DNA from: Gemmatimonadaceae bacterium
GTDB lineage: Bacteria > Gemmatimonadota > Gemmatimonadetes > Gemmatimonadales > Gemmatimonadaceae
Assembly: GCA_033763905.1 (NCBI GenBank)
Contig: JANRJP010000006.1
Location: forward strand, 1-54,849
Length of the DNA: 54,849 nucleotides
Direction of reading: 5' to 3'
The notes below the pieces were generated by a model. The model was not told the DNA's origin, ran no database searches, and was given only the letters and a program-made list of their open reading frames with translations. The position numbers were made by a program, and so were the translations under genes. This document shows positions 44,573 through 53,811 of the stretch, piece after piece (position 1 is the first letter of the stretch; every line of letters begins with the position of its first letter).

Positions 44573-46819
44573 TCAGGCCGCCTCGTGCGCGACGACGGCC
44601 GCGAGCAACTGATCGACCGCTTCGCCGAGCTTGGCCAGATCGAAGGGCTTCTCGAGCACCACGCACTCGGCACGCTCCAGGAATTCCGCGGCCTCGGGGC
44701 TCGCGACGTCGCCGGTGCTGATGATCAGCCGCTGCAACAATTCGGGGCGACGCACGCTCAGATGGGCGTGCAACTCCACGCCGCCGACGCCGGGCATCCG
44801 CAAGTCGCTGATGATCACATCGGGCGCGCACTCCGTGCGCTCGAGCAGATCGAGGCCGAGTTGGCCGTTGGCGGCTTCGAGCACGACCCAGCCGCGGCGC
44901 TGGAAATAGCGACGAAGCGCGAGGCGAATCACGTCTTCGTCATCGACGATGAGCACCGACTTGGGCGCTGGCGCCGACAGGATCGGCGCCGCGGTCTCGC
45001 GCACGTCCGCGGGATCCGCTTCCGCGAGCCGGGCCGACTCCGACGTCGTGACCTTGAAGGCTGGCACGGCGGGTTCCGCGGCGAGGCTTCCGACGCCAGC
45101 GGCACCACCGACGGCCGCGGCACCGGCGAGCCCCGCGGATTCGTCGGCGGCACTCGCCGTCGCCCGCGGCAGCGTCACGATGAAGCGCGCGCCGCCCCCC
45201 TCGGTCCAGCGGCGGTTCTCGGCGCGAATCGTGCCTCCCGACTGTTGGACGACGCCGAGCGAGACCGAGAGACCGAGTCCGGTGCCAGTGCCTTCCGGCT
45301 TGGTGGTGTAGAACGGCTCGAAAATGCGCCCGAGCACGTCGGCGGGAATGCCCGGGCCGTCGTCTTCGACGATGAGCTGACAGAACTCCGACAGCACGAC
45401 GAGTCGGACGTGTACGGCGCCGCCGTTGCCGGCCGCCTGCGCGCCATTCACGACCAGGTTGGTGAGCACCTGCTCGAGCCCAACCGGATCGGCGACCACC
45501 GTGGCCGATTCGCTGCGGCGATCGATGACGAGTCGTGCCCCCAGTCGCTCCACTTCGGCGCGCAGGACGCCTTCCATCCGCCCCAGGACGTCCTGCCAGC
45601 GCACTGGTTCGGCGGGTCGGCCTTCGCGCTTGCGGACGACCGCGAGCAAGTCGCGCACGATGTCGCGCGACCGCAGCGCTTGCCGGTGCACCATCGCCAG
45701 CATTTCGCGCCGCTCGGGGTCGCGTTCTTCGTCGGAGAGCTGCTCGGTGAACGCGATGATCGCGGTGAGCGGATTGTTGAGCTCGTGCGCGACGCCTGAC
45801 ACCAGCGTGCCCACCGCCTGCATCCGATGCGCCTGTGCCAACTCGTGTTGCAATTGTTCACGCTCGGCATTGGACTCACGCTCTGAGGTGACATCGCGTG
45901 CGGTGACGAGCAGACCGATCGTCTGCAGTTCTTCGTGTACCGCCGCGACCGAGATCTCGAGCCAGCCCACGCTGCCATCTGCCCGCAGCACCCGATGCTC
46001 GAAGCGGCCCGGCTCGCCCAGCAACACCTGCGCGAAGCGCTCTTCGACCAGTTCGGTGTCCCCATCCACCAGCTCGTGGTACGACCGGCCGAGGAGGTCA
46101 GCACGGTCGTAGCCCATCTGGCGCATCACGGTGTCATTGGCTGAGATGATGCGGGCCTGCGCATCGAGCGTGAAGATCATATCCGGCGCGGTGTCGACGA
46201 GCAGGCGCCAGCTTTCCTCGTTGCTTCGCACGGCACGGACCTGCGCCCGCTGGAGAATGACCAGCGCCGCGAGTCCGATCGTCCCGAAGACGACCTGCGC
46301 GGCGGCCACCGGCAGATTGCCGCGCAGACTCGGCAGATCGAACCAGGGCTCCACCTCGGCGAGGCCGACTGCCTGAGACCAGACGAGCATCGCCCAACCG
46401 CCGGTCGCCAGCGCCACGATCACGGTGGCGCCGCCGCCGTCGAGCATTGACACCGCGACGATGACGATCACACTGAGGTAGATCGTCCCCAGCCACCAGC
46501 CGCCGCCGGCGCACCAGTGCACCGCCAGCGCGGCGAGCACGTGGCAGACGAACGACCACAGGATGACGCGCTCGAGTTGCGACTCGGACAGGTCGCGTCG
46601 GACGATGGTGATGATACCCACGCAGACGAGCAGCCACCCGGCGAACACGGCCGCTGGCCGCAGAAACTCCGTCCACCCCAAGACGCCCGCGGCCGTCAGG
46701 TCGGCCGCGAGGAAGGCGAACAACACCACCATCGCGCGCCGCGTGAACGCGACGAACTGGTGGCGGCGGCGGTCCGAGACGGACGACGCCGGAAGCTCTG
46801 AGAAGACGGAGCGGAGCAC
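44573..46819 (-). CDS. Hybrid sensor histidine kinase (multi-TM, PAS, HisKA, HATPase, REC)
   Basis: PAS (LVDTAPDMIF..ARDVT), VAHELNNPL, NLVVNG, DDGPG, FEPFYTTK, GTGLGL, receiver VLIVDDE..SDLRMP..KPF. The start is uncertain because the ORF-track start falls inside the infA terminator. Confidence 0.92.
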   Translation of the reverse strand: MLRSVFSELPASSVSDRRRHQFVAFTRRAMVVLFAFLAADLTAAGVLGWTEFLRPAAVFAGWLLVCVGIITIVRRDLSESQLERVILWSFVCHVLAALAVHWCAGGGWWLGTIYLSVIVIVAVSMLDGGGATVIVALATGGWAMLVWSQAVGLAEVEPWFDLPSLRGNLPVAAAQVVFGTIGLAALVILQRAQVRAVRSNEESWRLLVDTAPDMIFTLDAQARIISANDTVMRQMGYDRADLLGRSYHELVDGDTELVEERFAQVLLGEPGRFEHRVLRADGSVGWLEISVAAVHEELQTIGLLVTARDVTSERESNAEREQLQHELAQAHRMQAVGTLVSGVAHELNNPLTAIIAFTEQLSDEERDPERREMLAMVHRQALRSRDIVRDLLAVVRKREGRPAEPVRWQDVLGRMEGVLRAEVERLGARLVIDRRSESATVVADPVGLEQVLTNLVVNGAQAAGNGGAVHVRLVVLSEFCQLIVEDDGPGIPADVLGRIFEPFYTTKPEGTGTGLGLSVSLGVVQQSGGTIRAENRRWTEGGGARFIVTLPRATASAADESAGLAGAAAVGGAAGVGSLAAEPAVPAFKVTTSESARLAEADPADVRETAAPILSAPAPKSVLIVDDEDVIRLALRRYFQRRGWVVLEAANGQLGLDLLERTECAPDVIISDLRMPGVGGVELHAHLSVRRPELLQRLIISTGDVASPEAAEFLERAECVVLEKPFDLAKLGEAVDQLLAAVVAHEAA

Positions 46820-46885
46820 AGGGACCGGAAACGCGGGCGCCGGCCGGCAAACACCGGAGGGCGTCGTGCTTTCAGTATCGGCCGC

Positions 46886-46920
46886 AAAACGGCCCCGGTT
46901 GATGGTCAACCGGGGCCGTT
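46886..46920 (-). terminator. Intrinsic terminator of infA
   Basis: Perfect 15-bp inverted repeat AACGGCCCCGGTTGA / TCAACCGGGGCCGTT, ending in TTTT on the minus strand. Confidence 0.8.
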
Positions 46921-46971
46921 CGGATGTGCCGTCTGATCGGGTCCCGGGGCTGGGACCAGCCGTCCGAGGCG

Positions 46972-47190
46972 CTACTTGTGGCGGAATGTGATGCGACCGC
47001 GCGTCAAGTCGTACGGGGACAGCTCGAGCGTGACCCGATCGCCGGCCAGCACCCGGATGTTGAAGCGGCGCAGCTTCCCAGCCACCGTCGCGAAGACCTC
47101 GTGTCCATTTTCCATCTGCACCCGGAAGGTCGCGTTGGGGAGGACTTCCGTGATCACGCCTTCGGCTTCAATGAGGTCCTGCTTCGACAT
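46972..47190 (-). CDS. infA: Translation initiation factor IF-1
   Basis: [58 protein letters not shown]. Confidence 0.97.
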   Translation of the reverse strand: MSKQDLIEAEGVITEVLPNATFRVQMENGHEVFATVAGKLRRFNIRVLAGDRVTLELSPYDLTRGRITFRHK

Positions 47191-47272
47191 CTGCGCTGGA
47201 TTCGGGGTCGGGGTGCCGGTGAAAAAGGGCGCCGGAAACTACCAACGGACCGAACGCCAGAGGAAGAGGGGG

Positions 47273-49066
47273 TCAGAACGCGTCGGGCTCAAGGGCCATC
47301 ACGGTCTCGCCGCCGGCGTGAATGGCGGCCATCAGCCCGTGCACCTGCGGCACGACCTTGGTGAGCCAGAACTTGGCCGTGACCAGCTTGGACCGGTAGA
47401 AGGCCGCCCGCTCCGGCGTGGGGCCGGCGGCGAGCTTGTCCTGCGCCACACGCGCCATCCGGAGCCACATCGTGCCGACGGCGACCAACCCGAACATCCG
47501 CAGGTAGTCCGACGCCGCTGCGCCGGCCTCGTTCGGGTTCTTGAGCCCGCGACCCAGGATCAGTTGCGTGGCCTGCTGGAGCCGACGGAAGCCCTGCCCG
47601 AGCGCCTCCGCCAGTTCGCGCAGTTCGCCAGCCGATTCCCGCTCGATCAACTCGTGCGTCGGCTGGAAGAAGCGACGGAGCAGCCGCCCCATCTCGGCGG
47701 GCAACTTGCGGCCGACGAGGTCCATCGCCTGCACGCCATTGGTGCCCTCGTAGATCTGGGCAATGCGGGCGTCACGGACGTACTGCTCCATCCCGTACTC
47801 GCGGATGTAGCCGTGGCCGCCGTAGGTCTGGAGCCCGATGTTGGTGCACTCGAAGCCGAAATCGGTGAGGAAGCCCTTGATCACCGGCGTCATCAGGGCG
47901 ACCAGATCTTCGGCCTCCTGACGGCGGGCTGGGTCGGGGTGCTTGAGCTCGATGTCGATCTCCATCCCGATCCAGTACGCGAGCGCCCGTGCGCCTTCGT
48001 TGAAGGCCTTCATCGTCATCAGGCCGCGCCGCACATCGGGGTGCACGATGATCGGATCGGCCACGGCCTGCGGCTGCGCCGGTCCGGTGAGGGCGCGCAT
48101 CTGCAGGCGATCCTTGGCGTACTGCAGCGCATTCTGGTAGGACGTGATGCTCAGGCCCAGCCCCTGCATCCCGACATTCAGGCGAGCGCCGTTCATCATC
48201 ACGAACATCGCCTTGAGTCCCTTGTGCGGCTCGCCGACGAGCCAGCCCTTGGCGTTGTCGAACTGCAGCTGACAGGTGGGACTGGCCTTGATCCCCATCT
48301 TGTGTTCGATGCCGACGCAGGTAACGCCATTGCGGGTCCCCGGCGTCCCGTCGTCCGTCGGCAGGTACTTGGGCACCAGCAGGAGCGAAATGCCCCGCGA
48401 GCCGGACGGGGCGTCTGGCAGCTTGGCGAGCACCAGGTGGATGATGTTCTCGGTGAGGTCGTGCTCGCCGGCCGTGATGAAGATCTTCGAGCCGGTCACG
48501 TGGTACGCGCCGTCTCCCGCCGGCACGGCCTTGGTCGTGATGATCCCCAGATCAGTCCCGGCGTGCGGCTCGGTGAGACACATCGTGCCGGCCCACTCGC
48601 CCGAGACCAGCTTGGCGAGATACCGCTCCTTGAGCTCGTCGTTGCCGTAGGCGTGGAGGGCTTCGTAGGCCCCGAAGGTGAGCCCCGGAAACATCCCGAA
48701 GCTCAGGTTGGTGGAGCAGACGATTTCGTCGAGCACGAACCGGAGCGTGAGCGGGAGCCCCTGCCCGCCGTAGGCTGGATCGCAGGCCAGGCCGGTGAAC
48801 CCCGCCTCGCAGAACGCCTGATAGGCCTCTTTGAACCCTGGGGGCGTGGTAACGACCCCGTCGGCCACCGTGGAACCGATCGCGTCGCCGGACTGGTTGA
48901 CCGGAAACAGCATCTCCTCGCAGACCTGGGCCATCCCGTCGAGCACGGTGTCGACCAGATCGGGGGTGACGTCCTCGTAGCCGGGGAGCTGCTGGATCCG
49001 GTCCGTGCCGAGCACGTCGTGGAGCACGAAGCGGATGTCGTCGAGCGGGGCCTTGTAGGTCGGCAT
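47273..49066 (-). CDS. Acyl-CoA dehydrogenase (about 600-aa FadE5/DmdC-like class)
   Basis: GTMCLTEPHAGTDL, GSKIFITAGEHD, IEHKMGIKASPTC, MMNGARL, GGHGYIRE, QIYEGTNGVQA. Confidence 0.94.
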   Translation of the reverse strand: MPTYKAPLDDIRFVLHDVLGTDRIQQLPGYEDVTPDLVDTVLDGMAQVCEEMLFPVNQSGDAIGSTVADGVVTTPPGFKEAYQAFCEAGFTGLACDPAYGGQGLPLTLRFVLDEIVCSTNLSFGMFPGLTFGAYEALHAYGNDELKERYLAKLVSGEWAGTMCLTEPHAGTDLGIITTKAVPAGDGAYHVTGSKIFITAGEHDLTENIIHLVLAKLPDAPSGSRGISLLLVPKYLPTDDGTPGTRNGVTCVGIEHKMGIKASPTCQLQFDNAKGWLVGEPHKGLKAMFVMMNGARLNVGMQGLGLSITSYQNALQYAKDRLQMRALTGPAQPQAVADPIIVHPDVRRGLMTMKAFNEGARALAYWIGMEIDIELKHPDPARRQEAEDLVALMTPVIKGFLTDFGFECTNIGLQTYGGHGYIREYGMEQYVRDARIAQIYEGTNGVQAMDLVGRKLPAEMGRLLRRFFQPTHELIERESAGELRELAEALGQGFRRLQQATQLILGRGLKNPNEAGAAASDYLRMFGLVAVGTMWLRMARVAQDKLAAGPTPERAAFYRSKLVTAKFWLTKVVPQVHGLMAAIHAGGETVMALEPDAF

Positions 49067-49188
49067 TGGTGGCGGTGGCGGAAGGGTCAGTGAGCGGATG
49101 CGACGGGAACGACGGATCGGCGGGTCGAGTCGACCCTGCCCATCCGGAGGATTGTCACCGCAACGTCGCGGCGGTATTTCAATCGGCT

Positions 49189-50496
49189 ATGGATGTGATG
49201 AGCGAGACGGTCGGCGACGACGATGTTGCCGAGCCGCGGATGGCCCTCCTGGGATTCGAGGCCGAGGCTCGTCGATTCCAGGACGTGCTGACGCGGCTGG
49301 CGGTGGTTTCCCGGCCGAATCTGGATGCGGCCGTCAGTGAGATCTGCCACGTGGCCGCTCGCGCGCTGCGCGTCGCCCGTGTAACGGTTTGGCGCTATGA
49401 CCGCTCCGCGGCGACGCTCTATTCCACGCCGACGTGGTCGAACGGCATTCCCGGCTGGGATGTGCACGCGATCAGCGAGACGTCGCATCCGGTCTACTGG
49501 CGAGCCCTGCACTCGCAGCGCGTGTTGCCGGTGCGCGACGCCGTCGACGATGCGGTCCTCGCCGAGTTCCGCGCCGACTACACGATTCCCTTGGGCATCG
49601 GCGCGCTGCTCGACACGAGCATTCGTGCCGACGACCGGCCGCTGGGCATCGTGTGCTTCGAGCACGTGGGCGGCACGCGCGAGTGGAGCATCGCCGAGCA
49701 GGAATTCGCCGCGTCGGTGGGCGATCGCGTCGGGCTGGCCCTGCTGGTGGATGAACAGCGCCGGCTCGAAGCCGATCTTCGCGAAACGCAGAAGATGGAG
49801 GCGCTGGGGCTGCTCGCCGGCGGGGTCGCGCACGACTTCAACAACGTACTCAACGTGATCATCACGTCGGCCGAGTTGCTCGAGGAGAGCATTGCGACTG
49901 GCGCGGATGTGCACGAAGACCTGCAGTCGATCACGGTCGCGGCGCAGCGTGCCGCGTCGCTGACGCGAAAGCTGCTCTTTATCGCCCGTCGCGAGCCGAT
50001 GCAGCGCGAGCACATCGACATCAACGACTGCGTGCGCGGGTTCCGGCAGATGGCCACGACGATCCTGACGCGTGGCGTGACCGTGCACGAAGCGCTGGCG
50101 CCCGATCCCCTGATCGTGAACGCCGATCGCACCTTCGTCGATCAGTCGTTGCTCAATCTCGTCACCAATGCCGCCCACGCGATGGGCGGGCAGGGCGAGC
50201 TGTCGATCGAGACGTCGTTCGTCTTCCACCACAGTCCGACGCAGGCCTTCGGCGCGTCGCTGCCCGCCGGCCGTTTCGCCCGCCTGACCGTGCGCGATAG
50301 CGGCACGGGGATCGCCCGCGACGAGTTGCAACGCATCTTCGAGCCGTTTTACAGCAGCAAGGGGCGCGCCGGCACCGGGCTCGGGCTGGCCGTGGTCTAC
50401 GGCGGAATGCGCCAGCACGAGGGGCACGTGGCGGCCGAGAGCGACATCGGTGTCGGCACGGCGATTCATCTGCTCTTCCCCCTCGTCGACGCCTAG
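49189..50496 (+). CDS. Cytoplasmic GAF-domain sensor histidine kinase
   Basis: GAF (GIGALLD..GIVCFEHVG..REW), QKMEALGLLAGGVAHDFNN, NLVTNA, DSGTG, FEPFYSSK, GTGLGL. Confidence 0.9.
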   Translation: MDVMSETVGDDDVAEPRMALLGFEAEARRFQDVLTRLAVVSRPNLDAAVSEICHVAARALRVARVTVWRYDRSAATLYSTPTWSNGIPGWDVHAISETSHPVYWRALHSQRVLPVRDAVDDAVLAEFRADYTIPLGIGALLDTSIRADDRPLGIVCFEHVGGTREWSIAEQEFAASVGDRVGLALLVDEQRRLEADLRETQKMEALGLLAGGVAHDFNNVLNVIITSAELLEESIATGADVHEDLQSITVAAQRAASLTRKLLFIARREPMQREHIDINDCVRGFRQMATTILTRGVTVHEALAPDPLIVNADRTFVDQSLLNLVTNAAHAMGGQGELSIETSFVFHHSPTQAFGASLPAGRFARLTVRDSGTGIARDELQRIFEPFYSSKGRAGTGLGLAVVYGGMRQHEGHVAAESDIGVGTAIHLLFPLVDA

Positions 50497-52826
50497 TTCC
50501 GCAGTGGAGTGCCGGTCGCGAGCATATGCTCGACCCGCTCCCGCGTCTTCGGCTCGCGCATCAGTCGCAGGAAGGCCTCGCGCTCGAGCGCCAGCAGATC
50601 CCGCTCGCGCACCGTGCGTTCCAGCGTGGCTTCCCCGCCGGTCAACACCCGCGCGAGCGCTCCCGCCACGACGGCGTCGTACGCGGTGGCTTCCCCGGCC
50701 GCGACGAGCCCCTGCACGCCCGCCTCGATGACCGGTACCAGCGCCGTCCCGGGCAAGCGGACGCGCGCCGGCGTCGGCGGCACATACGTCGGCGCCATCT
50801 CGCGAGCGACCCGCTTCGCCTCGTCGAGCAGGCGGTCCGGGTGCATCACGATCACGTCGTGCGGCATCAGCAAGCCCAGCCGCTTGGCGTCGACGGCATT
50901 CTTCGACGTCTTGGCCTTGCCGATCAACTCCATCGTGCGAACGATCGCCGCCATCGGGTCATTGGCGTCGCCGGCGGCGATGGCGCGCAGCAGCATCCGT
51001 GTGCACCCGCCCCACCCGGGAATCAATCCGACCCCGGTCTCGACAAGCCCCATCGTGGCCTCGACGTGCGCGACCACGGCATCACAGTGCAGCAGCGCCT
51101 CGCAGCCACCGCCGAGCGCCATCCCGTGATGTACGCCGATCACCGGCACCGGGGCCGCCCGAAGCGCCGCGTAGGCCTCCTGGCCCGCGATGATGAGCTT
51201 CTCGGCGTCACGCCACGCCGCGAGGTTGATCGCGTACAACAGCACGCCGAGATTCGCACCGACCGAAAAGTGCGCCCCGTCATTGTGCAATACGATGGCG
51301 CCAAAGGCGCCGTCACCCTGCCCCGCGCGTGCGATGGCGCGATGCAGCAACTGCATCACGTCGCCATCGAGCGCGTTCATCTTGGCCTTGAACTCCACGC
51401 CGAGCACGCGGTCGCCGAGATCCCACAGGGCGGCGCTGCCGTTCTTCTCGAGCGGGCGCGCGCGACGGGTGACGTCCGCCAGCGTCTCGACCCCCTCCGG
51501 GCGCCGCACCGCGTGCCAGCCGCCGGTGGCATCGCTCTGCTCCAACGCGCCGCCGGCCACGCGGTAGCAGCCTCCGGCGGCGACAGCGGCGGCCAAGCGC
51601 GGCGGAATCGCCTCGCCCCGTTGCTCGAGCAACGTCACCACCGCGCGGAGGCCCAATGCGTCGGCCATCTCGAACGGGCCGGCCGTCCAGCCGAAGCCAT
51701 CGCGCATCGCACGATCGACCGACGCGAAGTCGTCCGCGATCTCCGGGCCGACCTCGAAGGCGTAGGCCCAAAGCTGCGTCAGCACGCGTCGCGCGAGCTC
51801 ACCGCCGACATCGGTGGCCGCGAGCAGATCGCGGAGATGGCGCGCGCGCGCACTCGCGAGCGTCGGCGGGCCGGCATCGCGCAACGCCCCCGAGGCGAGA
51901 TCGACGACCTGCGTCTGCTTGCTGCCGTCAGCCCGCTTGGTGATGCGGTAGAACCCACCGCCACCCTTGCGGCCGGTGAAGCCAGCGGCCACAAGTGTCG
52001 CGACGATCGGCGTCTCGTGCACCAGCCGCCGATAGCGATCGTGGGGTGGCAAGTTGGCGAGCAACGACGCGGTGACGCGCGGCATCAGGTCCAGCCCCAC
52101 GAGATCGAGCAACCCGAACACGCCGGTCTTGGGCAGACCCATCGGCTTGCCGCAGATCGCATCGGCGTCCTCGACGCGGAGCCCCAGCGCAATGGCGTCC
52201 TGCAGCGCGATCTGCAGCGTGAACGTCCCGATGCGATTGGCAATGAAGCCCGGCGTGTCGTGGCAGCGGACCACCCGCTTGCCGAGCCGCAGGTCGCCGA
52301 AGGCTTGCAGCGCGTCCAGTACGGCCGGACGCGTGGCGGGGCCGCCGACGAGCTCGAGCAGCGACATCCAGCGCGGCGGATTGAAGAAATGCGTCACGGC
52401 GAAGTGTGCCGCGAACGCCGGAGACCGCCCCGCCACGAGCTGCGCGAGCGGAATCGTGCTCGTGTTCGACGTGATGATCGCCTGGTCGTGGCGCACCGCC
52501 TCGAGCCGCTCGTACAGCGCCTGCTTGGTCGGCAGATCCTCGAGCACCGCTTCGATGATCCAGTCGCAATCCGCCAACTGCGCGAGGTCGTCCTCGAGCG
52601 TGCCCGGCGACACGAGCGCCGCAGCCTCCCGCGTCAGGAAGGGCGACGGCGAGGCGGCGAGCAATCGCGTGATCGCGTCCCGCGCCCGCGCATCGCGCGG
52701 CCCGTCCCCACTCGACGCGATGTCGAGCAAACGCACGGGAATGCCGGCGTTCGCGAGATGTGCGGCAATGCCGCTGCCCATCACGCCGGCGCCGAGGACC
52801 GCAGCGCGGGAAATACCGTAGCTCAT
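50493..52826 (-). CDS. 3-hydroxyacyl-CoA dehydrogenase / enoyl-CoA hydratase (FadN-like order)
   Basis: VLGAGVMGSGIA, DWIIEAVLE, SNTSTIP, HFFNPP, DTPGFIANRI, then a crotonase domain (FSVGANL, ALGGGCE, GLVETGVGLIP). Confidence 0.94.
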   Translation of the reverse strand: MSYGISRAAVLGAGVMGSGIAAHLANAGIPVRLLDIASSGDGPRDARARDAITRLLAASPSPFLTREAAALVSPGTLEDDLAQLADCDWIIEAVLEDLPTKQALYERLEAVRHDQAIITSNTSTIPLAQLVAGRSPAFAAHFAVTHFFNPPRWMSLLELVGGPATRPAVLDALQAFGDLRLGKRVVRCHDTPGFIANRIGTFTLQIALQDAIALGLRVEDADAICGKPMGLPKTGVFGLLDLVGLDLMPRVTASLLANLPPHDRYRRLVHETPIVATLVAAGFTGRKGGGGFYRITKRADGSKQTQVVDLASGALRDAGPPTLASARARHLRDLLAATDVGGELARRVLTQLWAYAFEVGPEIADDFASVDRAMRDGFGWTAGPFEMADALGLRAVVTLLEQRGEAIPPRLAAAVAAGGCYRVAGGALEQSDATGGWHAVRRPEGVETLADVTRRARPLEKNGSAALWDLGDRVLGVEFKAKMNALDGDVMQLLHRAIARAGQGDGAFGAIVLHNDGAHFSVGANLGVLLYAINLAAWRDAEKLIIAGQEAYAALRAAPVPVIGVHHGMALGGGCEALLHCDAVVAHVEATMGLVETGVGLIPGWGGCTRMLLRAIAAGDANDPMAAIVRTMELIGKAKTSKNAVDAKRLGLLMPHDVIVMHPDRLLDEAKRVAREMAPTYVPPTPARVRLPGTALVPVIEAGVQGLVAAGEATAYDAVVAGALARVLTGGEATLERTVRERDLLALEREAFLRLMREPKTRERVEHMLATGTPLRN

Positions 52827-52919
52827 AGTCGCCCGAACGGTGGGAGAGTGTGCTCTACGGTTGCGGCGGGAACACGCGCCGGCAAGGGTAGGCACCCTAG
52901 GCGGCGACCTACGGGAGAC

Positions 52920-53804
52920 TCAGCCGGTCGCGGCCCGCACGGCGCCGGACAGTCGCGGCGGACGGAACCACTCCAGCGACCGCTCGACCTCCTCGAACAG
53001 CTCGTCCCACTGGGCGCGGATCTGCCGATACAGCGCCCGCATCGACTCGCGCTCGGCGTCGGAGTTGGACGTCGCCCCGCCGAGCCGCTCTTCCCAGAGC
53101 CAGAAGTACCAGAAGCACGCGCGCAACTCGAGCAGCGTCCCGCGCCACCGCCCGCTCCGCTCGTACTCGGCGCGGCGCTGGGTGAAGAGCGCATCGATCG
53201 CATCCTCGCCGCCCAGGTCGTCCTGCTCCTGAAAGCGCTGCGCTTCGTGAAAGAGTTGTTCGACGTCGTCGGTCTCTGGGGGCGCGGGTCGCAAACACGC
53301 CTGCCGGATCTCGGCGCGGGCTTCGCGGAGCAACGCATCGTCGCGCCGGGCGCCGGGACGCGCGAGCCGCGCCATCAGCCCGAAGAGCCGCTCGCGTTCG
53401 CTGCGCTGTGCGTCCACCGTGCCGAAGCGGTCGGTATGTGCCGACGGGTCGTCCACGAGGGCAGCGAACGCCACCGCCAGCACGGCGCTCGACGGCGGCG
53501 CTGCGAGGACGCTCCGCAGCCGCGCTTCACTGGCGCCGGGGACGACGCCCGGGACTGCGCCCGCAGAGATCAGGGCGGTTTCCATCAACTTCATCGGCGC
53601 GCGGCGCGGGGCCACGAGCACCGCGTGCGGCGTGGCCGATCGACTGGTCCGCGGGAGCGGGATCTCAGGCGGGCGCGCCGCGGCAGCCGGAATAGCCCCC
53701 GCACCCGGGCCGCCGCTGCGCTCGACCGACGGCGCCGGCTGCGCGACGCCGCGCGTCGAGGGTCGATGCTGACCGGCTTGGAAAGGATTCACGTACTGGG
53801 CCAT
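52920..53804 (-). CDS. Hypothetical protein (Pro-rich N-terminus, helical Trp-rich C-terminal domain)
   Basis: 294-aa ORF co-oriented with its neighbours and filling the gap. No family recognised. Confidence 0.6.
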   Translation of the reverse strand: MAQYVNPFQAGQHRPSTRGVAQPAPSVERSGGPGAGAIPAAAARPPEIPLPRTSRSATPHAVLVAPRRAPMKLMETALISAGAVPGVVPGASEARLRSVLAAPPSSAVLAVAFAALVDDPSAHTDRFGTVDAQRSERERLFGLMARLARPGARRDDALLREARAEIRQACLRPAPPETDDVEQLFHEAQRFQEQDDLGGEDAIDALFTQRRAEYERSGRWRGTLLELRACFWYFWLWEERLGGATSNSDAERESMRALYRQIRAQWDELFEEVERSLEWFRPPRLSGAVRAATG

Positions 53805-53811
53805 ACGGTGC